This document shows, piece after piece, positions 17,863 through 26,520 of a DNA stretch of 64,000 nt. Location: assembly GCA_031402355.1 (NCBI GenBank), contig JANNSG010000085.1, forward strand, positions 6,027 to 70,026, read 5' to 3'. The DNA is from Pseudorhodobacter sp. Its GTDB lineage: Bacteria; Pseudomonadota; Alphaproteobacteria; Rhodobacterales; Rhodobacteraceae. The position numbers and the translations under genes are program-made. The notes under the pieces are model-generated. The model worked only from the letters and a program-made list of their open reading frames with translations. It did not search any database and was not told where the DNA came from. The stretch's first letter is position 1. Each line of letters opens with the position of its first letter.

Positions 17863-19746
17863 CTAGCCTATCACTGCGCTATCATCGCGGCGAATGGCTA
17901 AGACAGAAGACCGTGGCAGGCCTGCGCCGTCGGGGAAAGTGCCACCAGGATGCTGGATGCCCACAAAAATCGTACGTTTGTCTGACGAGAAGGTCATGCC
18001 GGTCACTTCGCTACCTTTTGGCCCGGTGAGAAACCGTTCGATCTGCCCGGTAACGGGATCGCCAACCAACATCTGGTTGTTGCCTTGTCCCAGAAAGTCA
18101 CCTTCATTGCTGTCTTCACCGTCGGTCTGAATCCACAGCATACCGTTGCTGTCAAACGTCATGCCGTCGGGCGAATTGAACATATTTCCGGAATTGATGT
18201 TGGACGACCCGGCATAGGCATCTTTCAAGACATCCGGGTTGCCGGCCATTACATAGAGATCCCAAGTGAAGGCAGGATCGGCGTGATCTTCGTTTGCCGG
18301 ATACCAACGCACGATCTGACCGAATTCATTTTCGGCTCGTGGATTTGGGCCGCCGACGGGCGTCGCATCGCCACCTGCGTTTGGTTTGACCCCGCGATTG
18401 GAATTGTTGGTCAGGCAGCAATACGCCTCTATCGCGACCGGATTTACGGCAACCCATTCGGGGCGGTCCATGGTGGTAGCGCCGACCTTCGATCCAGCCA
18501 GACGAGTGTGGATCAAAATTTCAGCCTGCGTCATGCCAGTTGCCTCTGGGGTCAGCGGCAGCCAAGCACCTGTCATGTCATCGCTGAATTTAGCAACGTA
18601 AAGCTGCCCTTTATCTAGCAATGTCGAGGTGTCACCCCCCGGAGTATAGGCATCTGCAGAGACGTATTTATAAAGGAACTCACCCCGTTCATCATCACCG
18701 AGGTAGACCACGACCTTGCCATCGCGCGCCACAACAAGGGCCGCATTTTCGTGCTTGAAACGGCCCAGAGCGGTGCGCTTAACCGGGGTAGACGCCGCGT
18801 CTGCCGGATTGATTTCAACGATGAATCCAAACCGGTTCGGCTCATTCGGAGTTTTGGCAAGATCAAACCGGGCATCGAATTTTTCGTAGGCATAGCGACC
18901 TTCGACCCCAACGCCGTAGCGCGCAAGCTGAGGCGAAACAACCAGACCAGCATCGGTGGAGCCGAAGTAAGAGTTGAAGTTTTCTTCGCAGGTAAGGTAG
19001 GTGCCCCAGGGTGTACGCCCTGCCCCACAATTGTTCATCGTCCCCAGAACCATTGTGCCAGTCGGATCGGCTTCGGTTTTCAGCAGGTCATGCCCCGCTG
19101 CCGGGCCGGAAAAGGTCATCGGGGTGAGGTGAGTTATGCGGCGATTATACGGGCTATCGATCACAATTTCCCAGCCGTCTGCGCCTTCCGCAATTTCCAT
19201 GACAGACACGCCTTGGGCGTTTTGCAGCATCACGACATCATCTGCCGTGGCAGGCATATTGTCTGTGTTCTTCGGAAGATTCACGTCAAGATTGGCATAT
19301 TCGTGGTTGACGGCAATGACTTCGCGTCCGCCTATATTGAACAACTCCATGCCGTCAGTATTTTCGCCGAAGGCCCGCAACTGACCTGCCGCGGTCATGC
19401 CGGTATCGACGTTGAAGGCTTCAGAATCCGAGAACATCGGCTGGCCCCATTTGGCGACAACCTTTGCGGTATAGCCTTCGGGCACATGAACTGCGAAATC
19501 GGTTGCGATCGGAATTGGCTTGAAAGCAAAGCGGGTGGCGGAGGCTTGCGCAAGGGCCGACGTGGCGGACAGCAAGCCGGTTCCCATTGCTGCAGCACCA
19601 GACCCAAATGCAAGGACCGCACCCAGAAAGCCGCGACGCGACAGGGCAGAAGTGACAATGCGGTCAAAGTCCTGTTCTGCCGGACGCGGGTCGCGCAATT
19701 CATCAAACGCGTCAAAGGACAGGGATTTGGTATCGAAGTCTTTCAT
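17863..19746 (-). CDS. phoX: PhoX family alkaline phosphatase (Tat-exported)
   Basis: Twin-arginine signal SRRGFLGAVLAFGSGAAAMG and a long beta-propeller-like DUF839/PhoX body. The start at 19746 has a GGAG SD, and the track ORF extends to 19767. Confidence 0.85.
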   Translation of the reverse strand: MKDFDTKSLSFDAFDELRDPRPAEQDFDRIVTSALSRRGFLGAVLAFGSGAAAMGTGLLSATSALAQASATRFAFKPIPIATDFAVHVPEGYTAKVVAKWGQPMFSDSEAFNVDTGMTAAGQLRAFGENTDGMELFNIGGREVIAVNHEYANLDVNLPKNTDNMPATADDVVMLQNAQGVSVMEIAEGADGWEIVIDSPYNRRITHLTPMTFSGPAAGHDLLKTEADPTGTMVLGTMNNCGAGRTPWGTYLTCEENFNSYFGSTDAGLVVSPQLARYGVGVEGRYAYEKFDARFDLAKTPNEPNRFGFIVEINPADAASTPVKRTALGRFKHENAALVVARDGKVVVYLGDDERGEFLYKYVSADAYTPGGDTSTLLDKGQLYVAKFSDDMTGAWLPLTPEATGMTQAEILIHTRLAGSKVGATTMDRPEWVAVNPVAIEAYCCLTNNSNRGVKPNAGGDATPVGGPNPRAENEFGQIVRWYPANEDHADPAFTWDLYVMAGNPDVLKDAYAGSSNINSGNMFNSPDGMTFDSNGMLWIQTDGEDSNEGDFLGQGNNQMLVGDPVTGQIERFLTGPKGSEVTGMTFSSDKRTIFVGIQHPGGTFPDGAGLPRSSVLAIRRDDSAVIG

Positions 19747-20009
19747 TGGTTTGCTCCATGGCTGCAAGGCTGGCTTGGCGGATATTGATGCCCGAAAGCG
19801 TTGACGGTAGTTGGGCCGGGTAACGGGTGGACGACAGGGTGATAACGGTTTTGCAAGGTCCTGCCCGGATGAGCGGATATCTGCGAGTCGGCGGGTGGCG
19901 ACTGGTCATTATCAAGCTAGATTTTTTGAAAGTTGCGCCAACCGGCTGCGCAAAGCAAGAAACGATCTATTTTTTCGATTTTCTCGACAGATAATTTATA
20001 TTTTTGCCG

Positions 20010-20038
20010 TTGACGCCCCGCACCAATGACCCTACGGT
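20010..20038 (+). promoter_or_regulatory. Candidate sigma-70 promoter for the ilvB leader
   Basis: TTGACG-N17-TACGGT preceded by an AT-rich UP-like tract (ATAATTTATATTTTT). About 17 nt upstream of the leader ATG. Confidence 0.4.
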
Positions 20039-20054
20039 CCGCAAACGATACGAA

Positions 20055-20114
20055 ATGGAGCGCGTGATGAACGTGGTAGTCATTCTAGGGAAGCTTTGGC
20101 GCATGGGCCGGTAA
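20055..20114 (+). CDS. ilvBN leader peptide (19 aa, MERVMNVVVILGKLWRMGR)
   Basis: Short ORF with a V-V-V-I-L run, located between the promoter-like element and an intrinsic terminator directly upstream of ilvB. Confidence 0.7.
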   Translation: MERVMNVVVILGKLWRMGR

Positions 20115-20142
20115 CGGACGCCCCAAGACATTCCCATGCGCC
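20098..20142 (+). promoter_or_regulatory. Antiterminator stem of the ilvB attenuator
   Basis: GGCGCATGGG (20098..20107, inside the last leader codons) is perfectly complementary to CCCATGCGCC (20133..20142). The latter overlaps the 5' arm of the terminator. Confidence 0.65.
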
Positions 20143-20167
20143 CCCGAGTAAACTCCGGGGGCTTTTT
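20140..20167 (+). terminator. Attenuator terminator upstream of ilvB
   Basis: GCCCCCGAG-taaa-CTCCGGGGGC (one bulge) followed by TTTTTGTT. 33 nt before the ilvB ATG. Confidence 0.75.
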
Positions 20168-20199
20168 GTTGCGCTAAATGGCCGTAAAGGAAAAAGACG

Positions 20200-21969
20200 A
20201 TGACCAAATCAATGATGACCAAATCTATGACGGGCGCGGATATGGTGGTTCAGGCCCTGATTGATCAGGGTGTTGAGGTGGTCTTTGGCTATCCGGGTGG
20301 GGCTGTGCTGCCCATTTACGATGCGATTTTCCAGCAAGATAAGCTGCGCCATATTCTGGTGCGGCACGAACAAGGGGCGGTTCATGCGGCCGAAGGCTAT
20401 GCGCGGTCAACGGGCAAGCCAGGGGTTGTGTTGGTGACATCCGGGCCGGGGGCCACCAATGCAGTGACAGGGTTGGTTGATGCGCTGATGGATTCAATTC
20501 CGCTGGTGGTTTTGACGGGGCAAGTGCCGACCTTCATGATCGGCACCGATGGCTTTCAAGAAGCAGATACTGTCGGCATCACGCGGCCCTGCACCAAGCA
20601 TAACTGGCTGGTGAAAGACACTGCGAAATTGTCGGAGACGATCCACCAAGCGTTTCATGTGGCCACGCATGGGCGGCCCGGCCCGGTTTTGATTGATATT
20701 CCAAAGGATGTGCAGTTTGCGACGGCAGTTTATACGCCGAAGGAAAGATCGCGCGTGGCGCATTACCAGCCAAAGACGGTTGGGGATGAAGCGCAGATCA
20801 CAAAGATGGTCGAGATGATGGAGACGGCGGAACGCCCGATCTTTTATACCGGCGGCGGGGTTATCAATTCGGGGCCAGAGGCCAGCCGTTTGCTGCGTGA
20901 ATTGGTAGCGGAGACGGGGTTTCCGATTACCTCGACCCTGATGGGGCTTGGTGCTTATCCGGCCAGCGGGGATGCTTGGCTGGGTATGCTGGGGATGCAC
21001 GGGCTTTATGAAGCAAACCTTGCGATGCACGGCTGTGATCTGATGATCAATATTGGCGCGCGGTTTGATGACCGCATCACCGGGCGGATCAAGGATTTCA
21101 GCCCGCATTCCAAGAAGGTGCATATTGATATTGATCCATCCAGCCTGAACAAAGTGATCCGCACGGATGTGCCGATCATCGGCGATGTGGGGAACGTGTT
21201 GACCGAGGTTCTGCGCATCTGGAAGGCGCGCGGATCGAAGGTCAACAAGGCCGGGTTGGCAAAGTGGTGGGCACAGATCGCTGAATGGCGGGCTAAGAAT
21301 TGCCTTGGGTTCAAGAATTCTTCCACCATCATCAAGCCGCAACACGCGCTTCAACGGCTGGAAGCACTGACCAAGGGGATGGACCGCTATATCACCACCG
21401 AGGTCGGCCAGCACCAGATGTGGGCGGCGCAGTATCTGGGCTTTGAAGACCCGAACCGCTGGATGACCTCTGGTGGGTTGGGCACGATGGGCTACGGGTT
21501 GCCGGCATCGGTGGGTGTTCAGATTGCGCATCCGGAGGCGTTGGTGATCAACGTGGCGGGCGAAGCATCCTGGCTGATGAACATGCAGGAAATGGGCACC
21601 GCGATGCAGTTTCGCGCACCCGTGAAGCAGTTTATCCTGAACAACGAACGGCTTGGCATGGTGCGCCAGTGGCAGGAATTGCTGCACGGCGAGCGCTATT
21701 CGCAAAGCTGGTCGGAATCCTTGCCTGATTTTGTAAAACTGGCGGAAGCGTTTGGCTGCAAAGGCCTGCGCTGTTCGGACCCCGCCGATCTGGATGACGC
21801 GATCATGGAGATGATCCGCTATGACGGGCCGGTGATTTTCGATTGTCTGGTGGAGAAGCATGAAAATTGCTTTCCGATGATCCCAAGCGGCAAGGCACAT
21901 AACGAGATGATGCTGGGGGATGCGGATACGGCGGGGGCGATTGGGGCCAAGGGGGCAGTGTTGGTGTGA
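20200..21969 (+). CDS. ilvB: Acetolactate synthase (biosynthetic) large subunit
   Basis: 589 aa ThDP enzyme with GGLGTMGYGLPASVG motif and AHAS-typical N-terminal GADMVVQALIDQGV. The start lies in a 15-bp tandem duplication. Confidence 0.92.
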   Translation: MTKSMMTKSMTGADMVVQALIDQGVEVVFGYPGGAVLPIYDAIFQQDKLRHILVRHEQGAVHAAEGYARSTGKPGVVLVTSGPGATNAVTGLVDALMDSIPLVVLTGQVPTFMIGTDGFQEADTVGITRPCTKHNWLVKDTAKLSETIHQAFHVATHGRPGPVLIDIPKDVQFATAVYTPKERSRVAHYQPKTVGDEAQITKMVEMMETAERPIFYTGGGVINSGPEASRLLRELVAETGFPITSTLMGLGAYPASGDAWLGMLGMHGLYEANLAMHGCDLMINIGARFDDRITGRIKDFSPHSKKVHIDIDPSSLNKVIRTDVPIIGDVGNVLTEVLRIWKARGSKVNKAGLAKWWAQIAEWRAKNCLGFKNSSTIIKPQHALQRLEALTKGMDRYITTEVGQHQMWAAQYLGFEDPNRWMTSGGLGTMGYGLPASVGVQIAHPEALVINVAGEASWLMNMQEMGTAMQFRAPVKQFILNNERLGMVRQWQELLHGERYSQSWSESLPDFVKLAEAFGCKGLRCSDPADLDDAIMEMIRYDGPVIFDCLVEKHENCFPMIPSGKAHNEMMLGDADTAGAIGAKGAVLV

Positions 21970-21974
21970 TAGAG

Positions 21975-22030
21975 CCGGAGGGCTGTCTGCCCTCCGGACC
22001 TCCCGAGGATATTTTTGAACAGATGAAAGG
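21975..22030 (-). repeat. REP-like repeat, copy C (ilvB-ilvN spacer)
   Basis: CCGGAGGGC-tgtct-GCCCTCCGG hairpin plus CCCGAGGATATTTTTGAACAGATGAAAGG. The reverse complement aligns with copy B over about 45 nt. Confidence 0.7.
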
Positions 22031-22039
22031 GGCAGCCTG

Positions 22040-22600
22040 ATGTCGGCGCTCAATATCAAAAAAGGCTCTACCAGCCATTCGGCTTATGATCTGCGCGACC
22101 CGAATGCAGAGGTGATTGAAACGCACACGCTGGCGGTTTTGGTGGATAACGAAAGCGGGGTTCTGGCGCGGGTGATCGGGCTGTTTTCGGGCCGTGGGTA
22201 TAACATTGACAGCTTGACGGTAGCGGAGGTGGATCATACCGGGCACCTGAGCCGGATTACGGTTGTGACCACGGGCACGCCGCGGGTGATTGAGCAGATC
22301 AAGGCGCAATTGGCGCGGATGGTGCCGGTGCATGAGGTGCATGATCTGACGGTGGAAGGGCCTGCCGTGCAGCGGGAACTGGCCCTGTTCAAAGTGGCGG
22401 GCTCAGGCGATGCGCGGATAGAGGCGTTGCGTTTGGCGGAAATTTTCCGGGCCAATGTGGTGGATTCGACGTTGGTGAGTTTTGTGTTCGAGATGACCGG
22501 AACGCCGGAAAAGATCGACGCTTTTGCGGATCTGATGCGGCCATTGGGCTTGCGGGAAATTGCGCGAACGGGTGTTGCGGCGCTGTTGCGCGGCGAATGA
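22040..22600 (+). CDS. ilvN: Acetolactate synthase small (regulatory) subunit
   Basis: ACT domain HTLAVLVDNESGVLARVIGLFSGRGYNIDSLTV. 186 aa. Confidence 0.92.
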   Translation: MSALNIKKGSTSHSAYDLRDPNAEVIETHTLAVLVDNESGVLARVIGLFSGRGYNIDSLTVAEVDHTGHLSRITVVTTGTPRVIEQIKAQLARMVPVHEVHDLTVEGPAVQRELALFKVAGSGDARIEALRLAEIFRANVVDSTLVSFVFEMTGTPEKIDAFADLMRPLGLREIARTGVAALLRGE

Positions 22601-22606
22601 AGCCCG

Positions 22607-23383
22607 TTAGCGGCCCGTAAATTTCGCGGGGCGTTTTCCCAGGAACGCGGCGACACCTTCGGCGAAATCATGGGTGGTTCCGCATTCGCCTTGCAGCCGG
22701 GCCTCCAGCGCCAATTGGGTGTTCAGATCATTGGCCGGGCTGGCCCGAAGTGCCTGTTTGACGCGGGCATAGGCGGCGGTGGGACCAGAGGCCAGATGGG
22801 CCGCGCGGGCGCGCCAATGGGCGTCGAATTCGGCATCCGGGACGGTTTCATAGATCATGCCCCACTGGGCAGCCTGGGTGGCGGTGACCTTGTCAGCAAA
22901 CAGCGCGGCCCCCATCGCGCGCGGCATGCCGATTTGTCGGGGCAGCCAATAGGTGCCGCCGGCGTCGGGGATCAGGCCGATGCGGGTGAAGGACTGCGCA
23001 AAGCTGGCGGAGTGCGCTGCGATAACCACATCGGCGGCGAGGGCCAGGTTGGCCCCTGCCCCGACGGCCGCACCATTGACGGCGGCAATGGTGGGGATGG
23101 GGCAATCGTAGATGGCGCGCAGCAAGGGTTCATATTCATCGCGCAAGAGGCGTTCCATATCGAGGCCACCAAGGCCCGTTGCATCGCCAAGATCCTGACC
23201 CGAGCAAAAGCCGCGGCCCGCACCGGTGATCACAAGGGCGCGAGCGGAGGTGCTGGCTTGGTTAATGGCATCGAGCAATTCGGTTCGCAGCTGCGTGGTC
23301 AGGGCGTTCATCATCTCGGGTCGGTTCAAAGTAAGGATCGCGACGTCGCCGGATGTCTGGTATGTGATGGTTTCGTAGGTCAT
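22607..23383 (-). CDS. Enoyl-CoA hydratase/isomerase family protein
   Basis: Start at MTYETITYQTSGDVAILTLNRPEMMNAL. Crotonase oxyanion motif ITGAGRGFCSGQDL. The track ORF is extended upstream to 23557. Confidence 0.8.
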   Translation of the reverse strand: MTYETITYQTSGDVAILTLNRPEMMNALTTQLRTELLDAINQASTSARALVITGAGRGFCSGQDLGDATGLGGLDMERLLRDEYEPLLRAIYDCPIPTIAAVNGAAVGAGANLALAADVVIAAHSASFAQSFTRIGLIPDAGGTYWLPRQIGMPRAMGAALFADKVTATQAAQWGMIYETVPDAEFDAHWRARAAHLASGPTAAYARVKQALRASPANDLNTQLALEARLQGECGTTHDFAEGVAAFLGKRPAKFTGR

Positions 23384-23450
23384 GACCCTGTCCTTTGCCA
23401 ATCGACCCGAACATAGCGGCGGTTTGGCCGGGGTATAGGCAAACACCGCG

Positions 23451-23906
23451 TCAGTCCTTGAGAATTTCCGCAAGTGCTCGCATTTCACTATCAGACAGCG
23501 GCGCATCGGGCGATGGGCCTGACCGTCTGCGGCGCAGATAGGCCAGGCAGATGCCAAAGCCTGTCACCAGCATCGCGGGCCCTGCCCACCACAGGATCAG
23601 GTTCACGCCGTCAGCCGTGGGGTTCAGCAGCACGAATTCGCCGTAACGATCCACGATGAAGGCCACAGCCTGGGCATCGGTATCACCCGCGCTTAGCCGT
23701 TCACGCAAAAGCAGACGCAGATCGCGGGCAAGCCCGGCATCGCTGTCGTCAATGGTTTCGTTGCGACAGACCAGACACCGCAAACCCGTCGAAATCGCAC
23801 GCGCACGCGACTCGAGGGCGGGATCGGCCAGCACTTCATCGGGTTGCACGGCCCCGGCCGGATGCGCGGCAAGCAGGATAAGAAGCAGGGTTGCCCACAG
23901 TTTCAT
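23451..23906 (-). CDS. ccmH: Cytochrome c-type biogenesis protein CcmH
   Basis: Signal peptide plus LRCLVCRNETIDDS (LRCxxC) motif and a C-terminal TM. Confidence 0.88.
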   Translation of the reverse strand: MKLWATLLLILLAAHPAGAVQPDEVLADPALESRARAISTGLRCLVCRNETIDDSDAGLARDLRLLLRERLSAGDTDAQAVAFIVDRYGEFVLLNPTADGVNLILWWAGPAMLVTGFGICLAYLRRRRSGPSPDAPLSDSEMRALAEILKD

Positions 23907-25876
23907 TCGGCTGGAACACCTTGTTTTGGCTGGCGTCTGGCCCCGGCAGCGGCCCGGTAGCGACGATCCGACAGGCTGATCAGCCCGCCAAGCGCCATCA
24001 ACAAGGCCCCGGCCCAGATCCAGTCGGCAAAGGGTTTGACATAGGCGCGCACCGCCCAGCCACCATCTTTTTGCGGGTCCCCAATGACCAGATACAGATC
24101 GCGGGTCAGGCCCTGATCTATGGCGGCCTCGGTTGTGGGCATGCCTTGCACGGGGTAGAGCCGCTTTTCGGGAAACAGTGTGGCGATCCGGGCACCTGCG
24201 CGTGTCACCTGCATCTCGGCGATGGTGGCGGTGTAATTCGGGCCATTTGCGCCACTGACACCGGCCAGCTGAATGTCATATTCACCGATCTGGAAGCTTT
24301 CCCCTTCGGCAAGGACGCGGATCGCTTCCAAGGACCAGGCGTTCATTGCGGCGACGGCGAAAAGGGTCATGCCAAAGCCGGAATGGGCGAGAGCCTTGCC
24401 CCAATCGGCGCGCGGCAGGCGGCCGATGCGGGCCAACCGGGTGGGGAAGGCATCGCGCCCGGTTCGGAGCCACAGATCGGACAGGGCACCCCAGACCACC
24501 CAGACACCCAAGCCAAGCCCGACCGGGCCAAGTGCCGAACGCCCCGTCTGCAGGGCAAAAACAAGGGCCGTGCTGGCAAGGGCGAGGATCAGCCCGCTGC
24601 GCAGTGGCAGCATCAGCCGTGCACCGGAGCCGCGTTTCCACGGCAATTGCGAGCCTACCGGCAGCAACAGGGCAAGGACCACCATGAAGGGGGTGAAGGC
24701 GGCGTTGAAGAAAGGCTCGCCGACTGACAGTTTCCGATCAAAGAACAATTCTGCCACGAGCGGCCAGATTGTGCCGATAAAGACAACAAAGCAGGAGACT
24801 GCGAGCAGCAGGTTGTTGGCCACCAAGGCGGATTCGCGGCTGAGGGTGGAAAAGACGCCCTTTGCCTGCATCTTGCCCGCGCGCAGGGCAAACAGCATCA
24901 GCGCGCCGCCCATGAACAGGCCAAGGATCAACAAAATGAACACGCCGCGTTCCGGATCGTTTGCAAAGGCATGGACCGAAGTCAGCACGCCGGAGCGCAC
25001 AATAAAGGTGCCGATAAGGGAAAAGCCGAACGCGAGGATGGCCAGCAGGATCGTCCACGCCTTGAGCGCTTCGCGCTTTTCCACCACGATAGCGGAATGC
25101 AACAAGGCGGCAGAGATGAGCCAGGGCATGAAGGATGCGTTTTCCACCGGATCCCAGAACCAGAAGCCGCCCCAACCAAGCTCATAATAAGCCCACCAAG
25201 ACCCCATCGCGATGCCGATGGTCAGGAACACCCAGGCCGCCAGCGTCCAGGGCCGGACCCAGCGCGCCCAGGCCGCATCAACCCTGCCCTCGATCAGTGC
25301 GGCGATGGCGAAGGAGAACGACATCGATAGGCCGACATAGCCCAGGTAGAGGAACGGCGGGTGGAACGCGAGCCCAGGGTCTTGCAACAACGGGTTCAGA
25401 TCGCGGCCATTCAAGGGCGGTTCAGCCAGGCGCAGGAAAGGGTTTGACGTCAGCAACAAGAACGCGAGGAACGCCACGCCGATCAGGCCCTGTACCGCCA
25501 GCACCCGGGCACGCAGCGCGGGCGGCAGGTTGCCGCCAAACCATGCGGCTGAGGCCCCGAACAGCGCCAGAATGAGCACCCAAAGCAGCAAAGACCCCTC
25601 ATGATTGCCCCAGACACCAGAGATTTTGTACAGCATCGGTTTCAGGCTGTGGGAATTGGCGGTCACCACGCCCACTGAGAAATCCGACACGACAAATGCG
25701 TAGGTCAGCGACAGAAAGCTGATGGCGATCAGCGCAAACTGGGCGATGGCGGCAGGGCCGGCTATGGCCATGAACGCAGCCCGGTTCGCCCAGGCGCCGA
25801 TCATTGGCAGGCTGGCTTGAATGCAGGCCACTGCAAAAGCGAGGATCAGGGCAAAATGGCCGAGTTCGATGATCAT
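23903..25876 (-). CDS. ccmF: Cytochrome c heme lyase subunit CcmF
   Basis: WWD motif WGGFWFWDPVENASFMPW, polytopic membrane protein. Start taken at MIIELGHFAL (the track ORF extends to 25954). Confidence 0.9.
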   Translation of the reverse strand: MIIELGHFALILAFAVACIQASLPMIGAWANRAAFMAIAGPAAIAQFALIAISFLSLTYAFVVSDFSVGVVTANSHSLKPMLYKISGVWGNHEGSLLLWVLILALFGASAAWFGGNLPPALRARVLAVQGLIGVAFLAFLLLTSNPFLRLAEPPLNGRDLNPLLQDPGLAFHPPFLYLGYVGLSMSFSFAIAALIEGRVDAAWARWVRPWTLAAWVFLTIGIAMGSWWAYYELGWGGFWFWDPVENASFMPWLISAALLHSAIVVEKREALKAWTILLAILAFGFSLIGTFIVRSGVLTSVHAFANDPERGVFILLILGLFMGGALMLFALRAGKMQAKGVFSTLSRESALVANNLLLAVSCFVVFIGTIWPLVAELFFDRKLSVGEPFFNAAFTPFMVVLALLLPVGSQLPWKRGSGARLMLPLRSGLILALASTALVFALQTGRSALGPVGLGLGVWVVWGALSDLWLRTGRDAFPTRLARIGRLPRADWGKALAHSGFGMTLFAVAAMNAWSLEAIRVLAEGESFQIGEYDIQLAGVSGANGPNYTATIAEMQVTRAGARIATLFPEKRLYPVQGMPTTEAAIDQGLTRDLYLVIGDPQKDGGWAVRAYVKPFADWIWAGALLMALGGLISLSDRRYRAAAGARRQPKQGVPAE

Positions 25877-25978
25877 GGCGGCCTTTCGATGCTGCTGAGC
25901 CGACATTAGGGTGAATCGCGCCCGCATCCAATGGGGGGCGGTGCTTGGTCGCATGATTGTGCAAAAACTGGGATGGCG

Positions 25979-26410
25979 CTAGCGGCGCCCGGCCTTGCGG
26001 GTGGTCAGCAGAAGGTTGGTTTCGGATGTCATCACCCCCTCGATGTTGCGGATGCGAAAGATTACGTCATCCAGTTCGGCAAGCGTGGCTGCCCCGATTT
26101 CGGCGATCAGATCCCATTTGCCATTGGTGGAATGCACGGCCTGCACCTGTGGCAAGCCAGCCAAGCGCGACATGATGCGATCTGCGCCGCGCCCTTCGAT
26201 GCCGATCAGCATCAGGCCGCGAATGGCAGCAGCAGAGACATCACCCCGGGTGACCACGCTGAAACCGGCGATTTCGCCGCGATCGGTCAGGCGTTCCATG
26301 CGGGCGCGCACAGTGGCCCGCGACAGCGCAAGCCGGGCCGCGAGATGTGACAGCGACGCGCGGCCATCGCGGCGAAGTTCGGCCAGCAAAAGCTGATCAG
26401 TATCGTCCAT
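25979..26410 (-). CDS. Lrp/AsnC family transcriptional regulator
   Basis: HTH region LLAELRRDGRASLSHLAARLALSRATVRARMERL plus a RAM domain. Divergent from the arginase gene. Confidence 0.85.
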   Translation of the reverse strand: MDDTDQLLLAELRRDGRASLSHLAARLALSRATVRARMERLTDRGEIAGFSVVTRGDVSAAAIRGLMLIGIEGRGADRIMSRLAGLPQVQAVHSTNGKWDLIAEIGAATLAELDDVIFRIRNIEGVMTSETNLLLTTRKAGRR

Positions 26411-26520
26411 GTTGCACATATCCCTTGCCGGTTTGGGCAATTCGTTACGCAAATTGACAATAGATGCGCTATGAATTGCCGCAAGATGTAAAGATGATTG
26501 GTCCAGTTAGGGGAACAGCT

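Noticed and set aside
19768-20009. Search for a Pho box (CTGTCAT-N4-CTGTCAT type) upstream of phoX
   Set aside because: I found only half-site-like matches: CTGGTCAT near 19893, and CTGTCGA on the minus strand near 19985. No properly spaced pair exists, so I do not call a PhoB site. The short ORFs here (19811..20029 plus strand, 19712..19915 minus strand) also look spurious.
20494-22059. 521-aa ORF on the minus strand
   Set aside because: It is antisense to ilvB, whose identity is unambiguous. The translation is Arg/His/Pro-rich with no recognisable domain.
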